A stretch of 64,000 nt of DNA from assembly GCA_963793615.1 (NCBI GenBank), contig CAWCAN010000006.1, forward strand, positions 3,499-67,498, in the 5' to 3' direction. Source of the stretch: an uncultured Chloroflexia bacterium. Its GTDB lineage: Bacteria; Chloroflexota; Anaerolineae; Anaerolineales; Anaerolineaceae. Positions 10,483-21,253 of this stretch are shown here, one piece after another; the first letter of the stretch is position 1; every line of letters starts with the position of its first letter. A model generated the notes under the pieces. The model made no database searches. It was not told the origin of the DNA and saw only the letters and a program-made list of their open reading frames with translations. The translations under genes and the position numbers were made by a program.

Positions 10483-11415
10483 TTGTATTCCTTGCTTTCC
10501 CCCAACAAAGTTAAGGAAAGGTTGAGCAGATATGTTGAAACACCACCTGAGGAAGTGAACCTCCCCAGGGCACCGAGCCAGAGACGGGAGAAAGTCAGCA
10601 GTTTTCGCTACAGGTTAAACAACATTCTCCTGGTATTTGCCGGTAAAAACCTGTACCGGAGATTGCAAAGTTCCAATTGGCAGATAACCGTCACGGAATA
10701 CGTCATGATCCAAATCCTGAGCGCAATATTGGGATTGATTCTTGGCTGGGTCATAACCAAATTCTTCCTGATCGGACTTGTTTTAGGTATTCTTTTATAT
10801 ATGCTGCCCGGGTTTTTCCTTTACCGAAGCATATTTCAACGTCAAAAGAAATTCCAGAATCAGCTTGTTGATGTGCTGGTTCTCATCCGTGGATCCGTAC
10901 AGGCAGGTTTCAGCCTGTTGCAGTCTCTTGAAGTTGTCGTTAAGGAGATGCCTGAACCTGCCAGCGAGGAATTTGGACGTGTGCAGCGGGAAGTGCAATT
11001 TGGTATTCCACTCAGCCAGGCTCTGGTAAGTCTCTCCGACCGTATGGAAAGCGATGACCTACAAATGGTCGTTACGGCAATTATTATCAACAGCCAGGTT
11101 GGTGGAAACCTCTCGGTTATGCTTACTGCGGTAACGGAAACCATTCGAAATCGAATTGCCCTGTTTGGCGAAGTGAGAGCATTGACATCCAATGCCAGGT
11201 TTACCAGTTATATTCTGACACTGCTACCGTTTATCACTGCCTTGGCAGTTGTGCTGCTCAGTCCAGGTTACTTTTCTGAATCCCTGGATTCACCAGTCAC
11301 CAAAATACTCTTCGGTTTTGCGCTGGTTGGCATCATTATCGGCAACATCTGGTTAAGGCGCATTGCAAATATTAAGTGTAAAGTGAAACGAACACAAAAC
11401 AGGAATCAGGCATGA
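10483..11415 (+). CDS. tadB: type II secretion system F-family protein TadB
   Basis: 310-aa ORF with a T2SSF domain (LPDALDLL-type region, here VDVLVLIRGSVQAGFSLLQSLE) and C-terminal TM helices. A TM-like N-terminus with ATG at 10386 lies in another frame, so a frame break near ~10450 is possible. Confidence 0.8.
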   Translation: MYSLLSPNKVKERLSRYVETPPEEVNLPRAPSQRREKVSSFRYRLNNILLVFAGKNLYRRLQSSNWQITVTEYVMIQILSAILGLILGWVITKFFLIGLVLGILLYMLPGFFLYRSIFQRQKKFQNQLVDVLVLIRGSVQAGFSLLQSLEVVVKEMPEPASEEFGRVQREVQFGIPLSQALVSLSDRMESDDLQMVVTAIIINSQVGGNLSVMLTAVTETIRNRIALFGEVRALTSNARFTSYILTLLPFITALAVVLLSPGYFSESLDSPVTKILFGFALVGIIIGNIWLRRIANIKCKVKRTQNRNQA

Positions 11416-12431
11416 ACAATATTTTTCTCATCGTGGCACTGGTAAGCGGGTTCTTCATTGCAGGGGCGGTTTTAATCTTTTTTGCCGTTCGCAGCAATCG
11501 GAGCAGCGATACAACCTCGCGCCTGACCGAATTTGTGTCGTTTCAAAGCCGGACAAAAACGACTATCAGCCAACCAGCACCAGAACAACAGCATTTTTCC
11601 GAGTTCTTCCTGCAGAGAACACTGCTGGCAAGTTTCAAGAAACTCCTGGCTTTTCTTGGTAAATTTACCCCGAAACAGTCCATTGAAAATACAGACCGTA
11701 AACTGGCTATCATACGCAATCCAAGTAACATGCGATCGCGAGAATTTTTTGCCCTCCGCCTTGTTTTCCTGGTAATCGGTATTGGGGTTGCTATCTTGAT
11801 TAATTTGCGTAATTTTGCGCAGATTGGCAGGCTGATATCACTGCAACAGGCTGGTACTGGCTCATTAATGACACAAATTCAAACCCCATCCATATTAATG
11901 GTGTACATTGGATTGGTTACCATTATTCTATTTTTTCTCTTCCCCATCGCCTGGCTCGATAGCGAGGTGAGAAAAGTAAAGTTTAAGGTTGAGCGCGAAT
12001 TTCCAGATGCGCTGGACCTGTTATCAGTTTGTTCTGATGCTGGACTGGGATTTGATCAAGCCTTGCAGCGTGTGGGAGAGTACATGCAGAACACCGTCGG
12101 CGCGGAGTTCCGGCGGGTATCTTCTGAGATGGAAGTAGGAGTATCTCGGGCAGATTCCTTGCGTAATATGAGCGAACGATTGCAAGTATCTGAACTCTCC
12201 AGTTTTGTCACCGTTATCATTCAATCAGAGATGCTGGGCATGCGAATTGCAGATGTACTGCACAGCCAGGCGGAACAATTTCGACTGATTCGGCAATTCA
12301 AAGCCAAAGAGATTGCATACCGCTTGCCCACAAAAATGGTAATTCCCCTGGCTTTGCTGATTTTGCCGGCACTTCTCATTGTCTTGCTGGGACCATTGAT
12401 TCCAAAGATATTTAATCTCTTATCGATGTAA
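11412..12431 (+). CDS. tadC: type II secretion system F-family protein TadC
   Basis: 339 aa, with FPDALDLLSVCSDAGLGFDQALQRV and terminal TM helices. Its start overlaps the tadB stop by 4 nt. Confidence 0.8.
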   Translation: MNNIFLIVALVSGFFIAGAVLIFFAVRSNRSSDTTSRLTEFVSFQSRTKTTISQPAPEQQHFSEFFLQRTLLASFKKLLAFLGKFTPKQSIENTDRKLAIIRNPSNMRSREFFALRLVFLVIGIGVAILINLRNFAQIGRLISLQQAGTGSLMTQIQTPSILMVYIGLVTIILFFLFPIAWLDSEVRKVKFKVEREFPDALDLLSVCSDAGLGFDQALQRVGEYMQNTVGAEFRRVSSEMEVGVSRADSLRNMSERLQVSELSSFVTVIIQSEMLGMRIADVLHSQAEQFRLIRQFKAKEIAYRLPTKMVIPLALLILPALLIVLLGPLIPKIFNLLSM

Positions 12432-12468
12432 GCGTTTTCACACTGAAATAATTTGAATTGGCGAAAAA

Positions 12469-14271
12469 ATGACTGACGAAAACCAGAACATCAATCTACC
12501 ACCAGATAGCGAACCGTCTTACCCTGATTTACCCAGGCGATATGCTGCCAGTCAATTGCTGGCAGATGAACCTGCTTATAAAATGCTGCTCAGCCACTAT
12601 CAGAACGCTGAATGGGATGAGTGCCTGGAACTCTTGAATGAGTTGGAGAAGACCTTTCCGGAAGACCCAACGCTGCACGAAATCCAGGAAGATATTGCTG
12701 TAAAACAACTGTTCCGCGAAAAAGAAGGCCTTACTTTAAAAGAAAATAAGAAGACAGTACGGAAAAAGATTTCTATCTCCTTCCTGGTAATTCTTGCCGG
12801 CATTCTGTTGGGAATTGGAATAATATATTGGATTTCTGCTGCAATCTACGCCAATGCCAATCCTGCCAATCGAATGACAGTTGACGAAAGAGTTGTCAGG
12901 TTGCAACAACTGGAAGACCAGGCAATAAATTACATCCGGGTGGGTAATACGCAATTAGCACAAAACACCATCATTCAAATTCAAGAGATTGATGCCAATT
13001 ATGCTGGATTGACGAACCTGATCAGCCAGACAAACCAGATGCTCGAACTGGATGGACTGTATCAGACCGCAAAGCAATTCCTGGTAGAAGAAAAGTACGA
13101 TGAAGCCCTGGGTATATTTCAGCAAATTAATGCCAAAAATCCGCTCTTCCGGGATGTAGCGTACCAGATTGAACAAATTGAGAAGAAAAACTCCATTGTG
13201 GATTTACTGGTAATTGCAGATACTGCATATTATCGAGCGCCGGTGGCAGGACGTCATAACTTCCTATGAAGCAGTTCTGGAGATTGACCCCGCAGTTGTC
13301 GCTCCAAAACTTGAAGAGCAATTGTTCATGAGTTATTACGAAACGATAAAGAATATTCTTTCCTCTCCAGATTCTACCGTTGAGGAAATTGACCAGGCAG
13401 AGTTGTATTACCGCAAAGCAGTGGCACTTGTTCCCCAGGATAAGGCATTTACCCAGGAACGCAGGGACTTGCAAACTTTTCTGGTGGGATTGCTCAACCT
13501 GAAATACCGCCAGATTGCAAAAGCCACCATTGATTCACCCTATATAACAGAAGATTTCTTAACCCGGGCAGTGGATTATTTAAAGAAAGCCACTACCATG
13601 AATCCCGATGATGCAAAAATCAAATCCGAATTGGATAAAGCCCAGCTCTACCTGGCTGCGCTTCAAAAATTCAACCGGATGGAATGGGATTTGGCGATTA
13701 TTAACCTGGAAAAATTATATGGATTTCAAGCTACTTATGCCAATGGCATGGTCCAAAAAATGCTTTATGAATCTGACACCGCTCGCGGACAGCGCTTCCT
13801 GTCAGCCGGATATTTTTTGGATGCACGAGGTGATTTCGAAAAAGCCGAAATCATCGCCTGGGATAACAAAGCCAATAAATTGCAGCTGCTTGAATCCCAA
13901 ATAAATATGGGAATGGTTTTGGGGAAAATGTATTACTTCCAGGATGCGATTGTTTATTTTAATATGGCACTTGACTCTGTCAATATTAACGATATCGTCA
14001 CAGATCCGGATACCCTGGCAGCCATCCAAAATGCCAGGCAACTGGCAGCCAGCAACCCGAATTTTGGCGCATTCGAAGAGTATCGGGATGCATTAACCAA
14101 TTTGAATAAGGCATATTATTACAAAGAAGTCACGATTGCAAAGGTCAAAGCCTGGCAGGTATTTCAATCATCTATAATTCAACCATAAAAGCCATCCGTG
14201 AAAAGAACAATCTGCCCGATATTACCGTTTCTAAAAGTGATATTACCGTTTTGGTTCCAATCATACAGTGA
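12469..14271 (+). CDS. membrane-anchored TPR-repeat protein with a C-terminal LysM-like domain (frame breaks ~13235 and ~14135)
   Basis: ORFs 12469..13269 and 13214..14188 abut, with a TM helix ISISFLVILAGILLGIGIIYWI. A third frame at 14133..14271 reads DCKGQSLAGISIIYNSTIKAIREKNNLPDITVSKSDITVLVPIIQ*, which is LysM-like. Confidence 0.6.
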
Positions 14272-14302
14272 TTTTTAGTTCAATTGTTTACGGAGTAATC
14301 TG

Positions 14303-15642
14303 ATGTTTACCAACCGACCAGCATTAAAAAATGATATTGCAAAAAAGACCACCCGGCGGGAGATACAGCCTGCGTTCGAATACGAACAGGATGCCATCCA
14401 GATACGGGATGTGGTTCAAAAGAAATTACTGGTTGAATTTAATGGCGAATTGTCGTTTGAAAATCTGGCACAACTAAAGCAGATAATCGAAACTTCTTTC
14501 AATCAATACCTGGCATCAGAAAACCTGATGTATACCCGGGCAATTCGTTTGCAGTTGTTGGAGTGGATAACCGCAGATATTATTGGATACGGTCCGCTGG
14601 AGCCCCTGCTGAGTGACTCTGGAAATTACTGAAATCATGGTCAATGGTCACAACGATGTGTACATCGAGCGATTTGGTATGATTGAGCATACCAATATTA
14701 AATTTACGAATGATGCCCACTTAAGACGGATCATCGATCGAATTGTGGCACCTATTGGAAGGCGGGTGGATGAATCTTCCCCGTTTGTTGATGCCCGCTT
14801 ACCCAACGGATTTCGTGTGAATGCGACTATCCCGCCACTCTCCCTGGATGGTCCCATTCTGACAATTCGTAAGTTTGCGGTGGTTCCCGTATACTGCCCA
14901 GGACTTGATAAACAATGGCACACTGAATAACAACCTGGCGTCATTCATCAAAGCCTGTGTTGAAGCAAAAATTAATATTGTCATTTCCGGTGGAACTGGA
15001 ACCGGGAAAACCACGCTGTTGAATGTGGTTTCAACCTATATCCCAGCCAATGAACGGATCATTTCGATTGAAGATACGGCAGAACTGAAACTTAACCAGA
15101 AACATGTTGTGCGACTGGAAAAAAGACCCCCCAATATCGAAGGTAAAGGGGAAGTGACCATCCGCCAGCTATTGATCAATGCTTTGCGCATGCGCCCGGA
15201 CCGTATCATTGTTGGTGAGGCGCGTGGTGGAGAAGCCCTGGATATGCTGCAGGCAATGAACACCGGTCATGAAGGATCCATGACCACCATTCACTCGAAC
15301 AGCCCAAGAGATACCCTGCGTAGAATTGAAACGATGGTAATGATGGCTGGTATGGATTTACCACTTAAAGCCATCCGTGAGCAGATTGCATCATCAATCA
15401 ACTTGCTCATCCACCTGGAACGTATGCGGGATGGCACCCGCCGGGTGGTGCAGGTAACGGAAGTACAGGGTATGGAAGGCGAAACATTCACATTACAGGA
15501 CTTGTTTGTATTTGAACAATCTGCTGTAACGAATGGTCGGGTGATTGGGACATTGAAATCAACTGGATTGCGACCCAGATTCGTGGAAAAGTTTGCAATC
15601 AACAGCATTACCCTGCCGGAAAATACATTTTCCAAATCGTGA
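14303..15642 (+). CDS. cpaF: CpaF/TadA-family pilus assembly ATPase (frame breaks ~14615 and ~14885)
   Basis: Three abutting ORFs: 14303..14632, 14613..14930 and 14875..15642. Walker [13 protein letters not shown], the Asp box, Walker B IIVGEARG and the His box [13 protein letters not shown] are present. Confidence 0.85.
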
Positions 15643-15779
15643 TGTTTTCGAGATAATAGGTGCGAGACAAATTGTATCCGGGAAAGAAACAGCAACTCTA
15701 CCGAGATGCTAGACAAATTTTCCCAAATACAGTAAAATTCCTGTTCGCATTACGGTAACTATGTTTTGGAGGAACGAAG

Positions 15780-16046
15780 TTGGCAAATATTAAGTCTGCA
15801 ATAAAGCGCAATAAACAGAATGAAAAACACCGCATCAGCAATCGTATCTATCGCGGCCGTGCCCGCACATTTGTTCAACGAGCCCGTGTTCTCATCCTTG
15901 CAGAGGAAAAAGAACAGGCTGAACAGACTGTAAACCAGGCGATCCGTGCTCTCGATGTTGCTGCTGCCAAGGGTGTGTTGCATAAAAACAATGCTGCCCG
16001 CCGCAAAAGCCGCCTCATGAAGCACCTGGCAACCCTGACCAAGTAG
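15780..16046 (+). CDS. rpsT: 30S ribosomal protein S20 (TTG start)
   Basis: MANIKSAIKRNKQNEKHR...AAKGVLHKNNAARRKSRL. GGAGG lies 7 nt upstream of the TTG at 15780. Confidence 0.9.
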   Translation: MANIKSAIKRNKQNEKHRISNRIYRGRARTFVQRARVLILAEEKEQAEQTVNQAIRALDVAAAKGVLHKNNAARRKSRLMKHLATLTK

Positions 16047-16111
16047 AGCAGTTGTGGCGAAATGCCACCCATCCCTCCCCGGGTTACCGGTGAGTTTTAT
16101 GTACCACTAGC

Positions 16112-16137
16112 AGCGGGAGACATACCTCCCGCTTTTT
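16112..16137 (+). terminator. rho-independent terminator after rpsT
   Basis: Stem agcgggag / ctcccgct with a 6-nt loop, followed by ttttt. Confidence 0.6.
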
Positions 16138-16156
16138 CGTGAACAGGGATATATGC

Positions 16157-17911
16157 ATGTTTGAGCAGGTTCAGTTACAGGTTGGACAGCAGGTAAATGA
16201 GATTCTTACCCGGCAGGGTATTCCCAGTGCACCTATCGATTGGAAATGGATACCTTTTGCAGGACAGTGGGGAATTTCCACTTCCTTTTTCCAAACTGCA
16301 GCCAATGAAAACAAACAGGGGAATGACACACCCGTAGGGGTGCGTGCGCAGCAAATTGCCCAGATAGTTGTTGAAAATCTCGGAGTCCCAACTGGTTTCA
16401 GCAAAGTGGAAGCAGTACGCGGATACCTGAACCTAACTTTTTCTTCATCTGCCTTTACCCGCCAGGTTCTGGATGCAGTCCAGCAGGAAGGCAGCCAGTT
16501 CGGTAAAGGACAACCCACCCACAAACGCATCATGGTTGAATATTCGCAGCCCAATACCCACAAGGCTTTTCATGTGGGGCATTTGCGTAATGTTGTTTTG
16601 GGCAGTGCGGTGTGCAATATTTTGGAATGGGCAGGGGATGATGTGGTGCGTGCCAATTATATTGGCGATATTGGACTGCACGTCATCAAATGGTTGTGGT
16701 GCTATCTGAAGTATCACAACGGAGAAGAACCGCCAGAGGACCGGGTACGCTGGATTGGTGAAATTTATGTGCAAGCCAGCAAGTATTATGAAGAAGACCC
16801 TGCAGTAGAACCGGAAGTACGGGCATTGTTTGCCCGCTGGGATAAACGTGAGCCTGAGATTGTTGCCTTATGGGAAAAAACCCGTCAATGGTCAATGGAT
16901 GCTTTTGATCAAATTTATACCCTTTTGGGTGTTCACTTTGACCGTTTCTATTTTGAAAGCGAAGTGGAACATACAGGCAAAGAACTGGTAAAAACCCTGA
17001 TTGAAAAAGGGCTGGCGCGTGACGAGCGACCGGAAGGTGCTGTTTTTATTCCACTGGATGAAATTGCCGGAACCAAAGAAAAATACCGGGTACTGGTAAT
17101 TTTACGTTCAGATGGTACCTCCCTGTATGCCACCAAAGACATACCCCTGGCAGTTCAAAAATTTGAAGAATATCATCTGGATAAGTCCATCTACGTGGTG
17201 GATGTACGCCAGTCTTTGTATTTGCAGCAGATTTTCAAAACTTTGGAATTGCTGGGATATCCTTGGGCATCGCAATGTTACCACCTGGCTTATGAAATCG
17301 TAAATTTGCCAGGCAATGTAACGATAGCCTCACGCGAGGGGGCAGTTGTGCTGTTGGAAGACCTGGTTCGGGAAGCAACCTCCCGGGCACTGGAAATTGT
17401 TAAGACGAAAAATCCGGATATTGGCGAAGAGAAACAAAATGCCGTGGCAAAGGCTGTGGCATTAGGTGCCATCCGCTATTCCATGCTGGCACGGGACAGT
17501 GCCAAGATTGTAACCTTTGATTGGGATGCAGCCTTGGATTTTAATGGTCAGGCTGCACCGTATATTCAGTATGCTGCAGTAAGGGCGAACAGCATATTGC
17601 GTAAAGCAGGTACTTTTCCTGAAACATGGGTTGCACCTGCTGAAATGGAGCAGGCGGAAATTACATTGATTGATTTGATCAGCCGATTACCGCAAGAAAT
17701 TCAAAAGGCAGCCCGGGACATCAAACCGCTCAATCTCACCACGCATGCTTATGAGCTGGCGCGTGCATTCAATGATTTTTATAACCAATGCCCGGTTTTG
17801 CAGGCTGAACCAGCCGTAAGAGATTTTCGGCTGCAATTGGTGGCGGCATCACGCCAGGCAATCAGCAACATTTTGGCGATACTTGGAATTACAGCACCAG
17901 ATATAATGTAG
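16157..17911 (+). CDS. argS: arginine--tRNA ligase
   Basis: ORF 16139..17911. The ATG at 16157 follows an aggga RBS. The HIGH-type motif AFHVGHLRN and a class I ArgRS C-terminal anticodon-binding domain ending in ...DIM are present. Confidence 0.9.
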   Translation: MFEQVQLQVGQQVNEILTRQGIPSAPIDWKWIPFAGQWGISTSFFQTAANENKQGNDTPVGVRAQQIAQIVVENLGVPTGFSKVEAVRGYLNLTFSSSAFTRQVLDAVQQEGSQFGKGQPTHKRIMVEYSQPNTHKAFHVGHLRNVVLGSAVCNILEWAGDDVVRANYIGDIGLHVIKWLWCYLKYHNGEEPPEDRVRWIGEIYVQASKYYEEDPAVEPEVRALFARWDKREPEIVALWEKTRQWSMDAFDQIYTLLGVHFDRFYFESEVEHTGKELVKTLIEKGLARDERPEGAVFIPLDEIAGTKEKYRVLVILRSDGTSLYATKDIPLAVQKFEEYHLDKSIYVVDVRQSLYLQQIFKTLELLGYPWASQCYHLAYEIVNLPGNVTIASREGAVVLLEDLVREATSRALEIVKTKNPDIGEEKQNAVAKAVALGAIRYSMLARDSAKIVTFDWDAALDFNGQAAPYIQYAAVRANSILRKAGTFPETWVAPAEMEQAEITLIDLISRLPQEIQKAARDIKPLNLTTHAYELARAFNDFYNQCPVLQAEPAVRDFRLQLVAASRQAISNILAILGITAPDIM

Positions 17912-17967
17912 ATAACCAATACCAGACTACGATTGTGTAGTCTGAATATAAAAAAAGGAGCAATGAA

Positions 17968-19291
17968 ATGACACCTGTTCGAACATTGATTATGGGAGCT
18001 GCAGGACGTGATTTCCACAACTTCAACGTTTATTTCCGCGATAATGCGGCATATGAGGTTGTGGCTTTTACCGCAACCCAAATCCCCAATATCGACGGAC
18101 GCAAATATCCGACCGAGTTGGCTGGCAAGTTATATCCCAAAGGTATATCGATTTATCCTGAAAGTGACCTGGAAATGCTCATCAAGAAACATAAAGTGGA
18201 GCAGGTCATTTTTGCCTACAGTGATGTTCCGCATGAATATGTAATGCATAAAGCATCCCAGGTAATGGCTGCAGGTTCCGATTTCCGCCTGATGGGTCCG
18301 ACTATCGACCATGGTGAAATCTACCAAACCAGTAGTTTCCATCTGTGCTGTGCGAACCGGTTCAGGCAAAAGCCAGACCACCCGCCGTGTTTCCCTTATC
18401 CTGCGAGAAATGGGTTATCGTGTGGCTGCCATCCGTCATCCCATGCCTTATGGCGACCTGGTAAAACAGGCGGTGCAGCGTTTTGAAACCTATGCTGACC
18501 TGGATAAACATGAATGCACAATTGAAGAACGGGAAGAATATGAACCTCATATCGACAATGGTGTGATTGTTTATGCCGGTGTGGATTACGAAGCCATCCT
18601 GCGCCAGGCTGAAAAAGAAGTGGACATTGTCTTATGGGATGGCGGTAACAACGACTTCTCCTTCTACACTCCTGACCTTTCGATTGTAGTGGTTGACCCG
18701 CATCGACCCGGGCATGAATATACATATCATCCCGGTGAGACCAATGTTCGCATGGCAGATGTGTTCGTCATCAATAAAGTGGATACAGCTGCACCGGAAA
18801 GTATTATTGCGGTGCGTGACCGGATCGCCAGTCTTAACCCCAAAGCGCTTGTAATCGAAGGTGCATCTCCGTTATTTGTTGATGATCCGGAAGCCATTCG
18901 TGGAAAACGTGTTTTGGTGATTGAAGACGGACCCACCCTGACCCATGGTGAAATGAAATATGGTGCCGGCTGGGTGGCTGCCAAACGCTTTGGTGCAGCC
19001 GAAATTGTTGACCCACGTCCATTTGCTGTTGGTTCCATTGCGGATACGTATAAAAAATACCCGAATACCGGGATGATTTTGCCGGCAATGGGTTATGGTG
19101 ATGCGCAGGTGCGTGACCTGGAAAAAACCATTAATAACTCCAATGTTGACCTGGTGATTTCCGCCACACCGATTGACCTGAACCGTATCATCAAGGTCAA
19201 CAAGCCCATGCAGCGGGTGAGGTATGAATTACAGGAGATTGGTCAACCAACTCTGGATGAAATCCTTATGAAGAAGTTTGGGCGCAAGTAA
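17968..19291 (+). CDS. COG2403-type predicted GTPase (often annotated as cyclic 2,3-diphosphoglycerate synthetase-like); one frame break ~18310
   Basis: ORFs 17968..18486 and 18311..19291 abut. P-loop-like AVRTGSGKSQTT, then DGGNND and INKVD. Confidence 0.65.
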
Positions 19292-19394
19292 TTAAAGCGT
19301 AATAAAAGCAGCCAGTGAATGCCTCTCGGATTTGTATCGAAAAGTGGAATTCGGGAAGTGAGTTCACTGGCTGAATAGTAAGTGAAAGAATAAA

Positions 19395-20651
19395 ATGATT
19401 GATGAAGTTGTAATTCTGGTACGGTCCGGTAAGGGTGGCGATGGGATGGTTCACTTTCATCGCGAAAAGTATATTGCACGTGGCGGACCTGACGGCGGAG
19501 ATGGTGGGCGCGGCGGCAGCGTGATTTTGGTTGTTGTACCCACCAAGAATACCCTGGCAGATTTTCGTCACCAATCCCGTTATGTAGGTGAAGACGGCAA
19601 ACCGGGTGGACCAAGTAATATGTCTGGTAAGTCGGCAGAAGATTTATTAATCCAGGTACCCCCAGGCACAGTCGTTTACGATGCAAAAACAAACGCAGTA
19701 TTAGGCGACCTGGTGACAGCCGACCAACGCCTGGTTATATGTAAAGCAGGCAGAGGGGGAAGAGGCAATCAGCATTTTGCAAATTCACGCCGACAGGCAC
19801 CCCAGATTGCAGAAAAAGGCGAGCCAGGTGAAGAGCGAACCATCCGGCTTGAGTTAAAACTTATTGCAGATGTGGGAATTGTGGGTGTACCCAATGCAGG
19901 CAAGTCCAGCCTGCTGGCAGCCCTGACCAATGCGCAGCCCAAGATTGCCGATTATCCTTTTACCACCCTGGAACCAAATCTGGGTGTGGTTCAACTGGAT
20001 ATGGATACCCGTTTTGTCCTGGCAGATATTCCGGGTTTGATTGAAGGTGCACACGCCGGAGCAGGGTTGGGGGATTCGTTTTTACGGCATATTCAACGCA
20101 CCCGGGTGCTCATCCATGTTCTGGATGGGATGGCAGAAGACCCGTTGGTGGATTTTGCTCAAACGAACAGCGAAATGGCTTTGTTCGATGACACCCTGGC
20201 AGAAAAACCCCAGTTGGTGCTCCTGAATAAGATGGACATGCCCGAAGTAGTGGAACGAAGAAAAGCCATTGAAAAAGCCATTCGAAAGCGCGGGTATGAT
20301 TTCCTGGCTGTATCCGCCCTGGCTCGAACAGGATTGGAAGATGTGGTTAATAAAGCCGCGGTATTGCTGCAAACAGCACCCAGCCCGCGGGAAGTAGTGG
20401 AAATGCCGGTATACCGTCCTGCAGTGGATCCACACGCATTTACGGTGGAGAAGGTGGATGGCGGCTGGCAGGTAAAGGGAGCCGCAATCGAACGGGCTGC
20501 CAGTATGACCTATTGGGAATATGAGGACTCTGTCCGGCGGTTTCACAGGTTACTTGAAACCATTGGAATTGATAAAGCCTTACGAAATGCAGGTATCCAG
20601 GAGGGGGATACAGTTTGGGTTGGTGATTACGAATTGGAATGGCAGGATTAG
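19395..20651 (+). CDS. obgE: GTPase Obg/CgtA
   Basis: Obg fold with glycine-rich N-terminus (GGDGGRGGSV), G1 GVPNAGKSSLL, G3 DIPGLIEGA and G4 NKMD, plus a C-terminal OCT-like domain. Confidence 0.9.
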   Translation: MIDEVVILVRSGKGGDGMVHFHREKYIARGGPDGGDGGRGGSVILVVVPTKNTLADFRHQSRYVGEDGKPGGPSNMSGKSAEDLLIQVPPGTVVYDAKTNAVLGDLVTADQRLVICKAGRGGRGNQHFANSRRQAPQIAEKGEPGEERTIRLELKLIADVGIVGVPNAGKSSLLAALTNAQPKIADYPFTTLEPNLGVVQLDMDTRFVLADIPGLIEGAHAGAGLGDSFLRHIQRTRVLIHVLDGMAEDPLVDFAQTNSEMALFDDTLAEKPQLVLLNKMDMPEVVERRKAIEKAIRKRGYDFLAVSALARTGLEDVVNKAAVLLQTAPSPREVVEMPVYRPAVDPHAFTVEKVDGGWQVKGAAIERAASMTYWEYEDSVRRFHRLLETIGIDKALRNAGIQEGDTVWVGDYELEWQD

Positions 20652-20654
20652 AGT

Positions 20655-21251
20655 ATGCGCATAGGTGTTTTTGGTGGTACCTTTGACCCTCCCCATCTTG
20701 GGCACATGATCCTGGCAATGGAAGCATTTACCCAGTTGCACCTGGATCGTCTTCTGTGGGTATTGACCCCTGATCCACCCCATAAACGCGGGCAGGAAAT
20801 TTCTCCGATCGAACAACGACTTGAACTTTCCATTACAGCATTACAAAATGAACCGCTGTTTGAACTATCGCGTGTGGAAATTGATCGACCAGGTCCGCAT
20901 TTTGTTTCAGATACGATGCATATCCTGGGAAAACAGTATCCGGATGACGAATTGAATTACCTGATTGGGGGAGACTCACTGCATGATTTACCGAACTGGG
21001 ACAGACCGATGGAATTTATTGAAGCCTGCCATGCCATTGGGGTTATGCGCCGACCTGAAGATGATGTGAATCTTCATTGGCTGGAAGATCAACTGCCGGG
21101 ATTGACGAAAAAATTGCGTTTCATTGATGTACCCCTGCTGGAGATTTCTGCATCGCAGATACGGCAGCGAATCATTGCTGGGATGCCCTACCGATACTAC
21201 TTATTACCCGAAGTCTACGAACTTATCCGAAAGAAGAATTATTACCGCTAG
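20655..21251 (+). CDS. nadD: nicotinate-nucleotide adenylyltransferase
   Basis: MRIGVFGGTFDPPHLGH and ISASQIR motifs. Starts 4 nt after the obg stop. Confidence 0.9.
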   Translation: MRIGVFGGTFDPPHLGHMILAMEAFTQLHLDRLLWVLTPDPPHKRGQEISPIEQRLELSITALQNEPLFELSRVEIDRPGPHFVSDTMHILGKQYPDDELNYLIGGDSLHDLPNWDRPMEFIEACHAIGVMRRPEDDVNLHWLEDQLPGLTKKLRFIDVPLLEISASQIRQRIIAGMPYRYYLLPEVYELIRKKNYYR

Positions 21252-21253
21252 CC

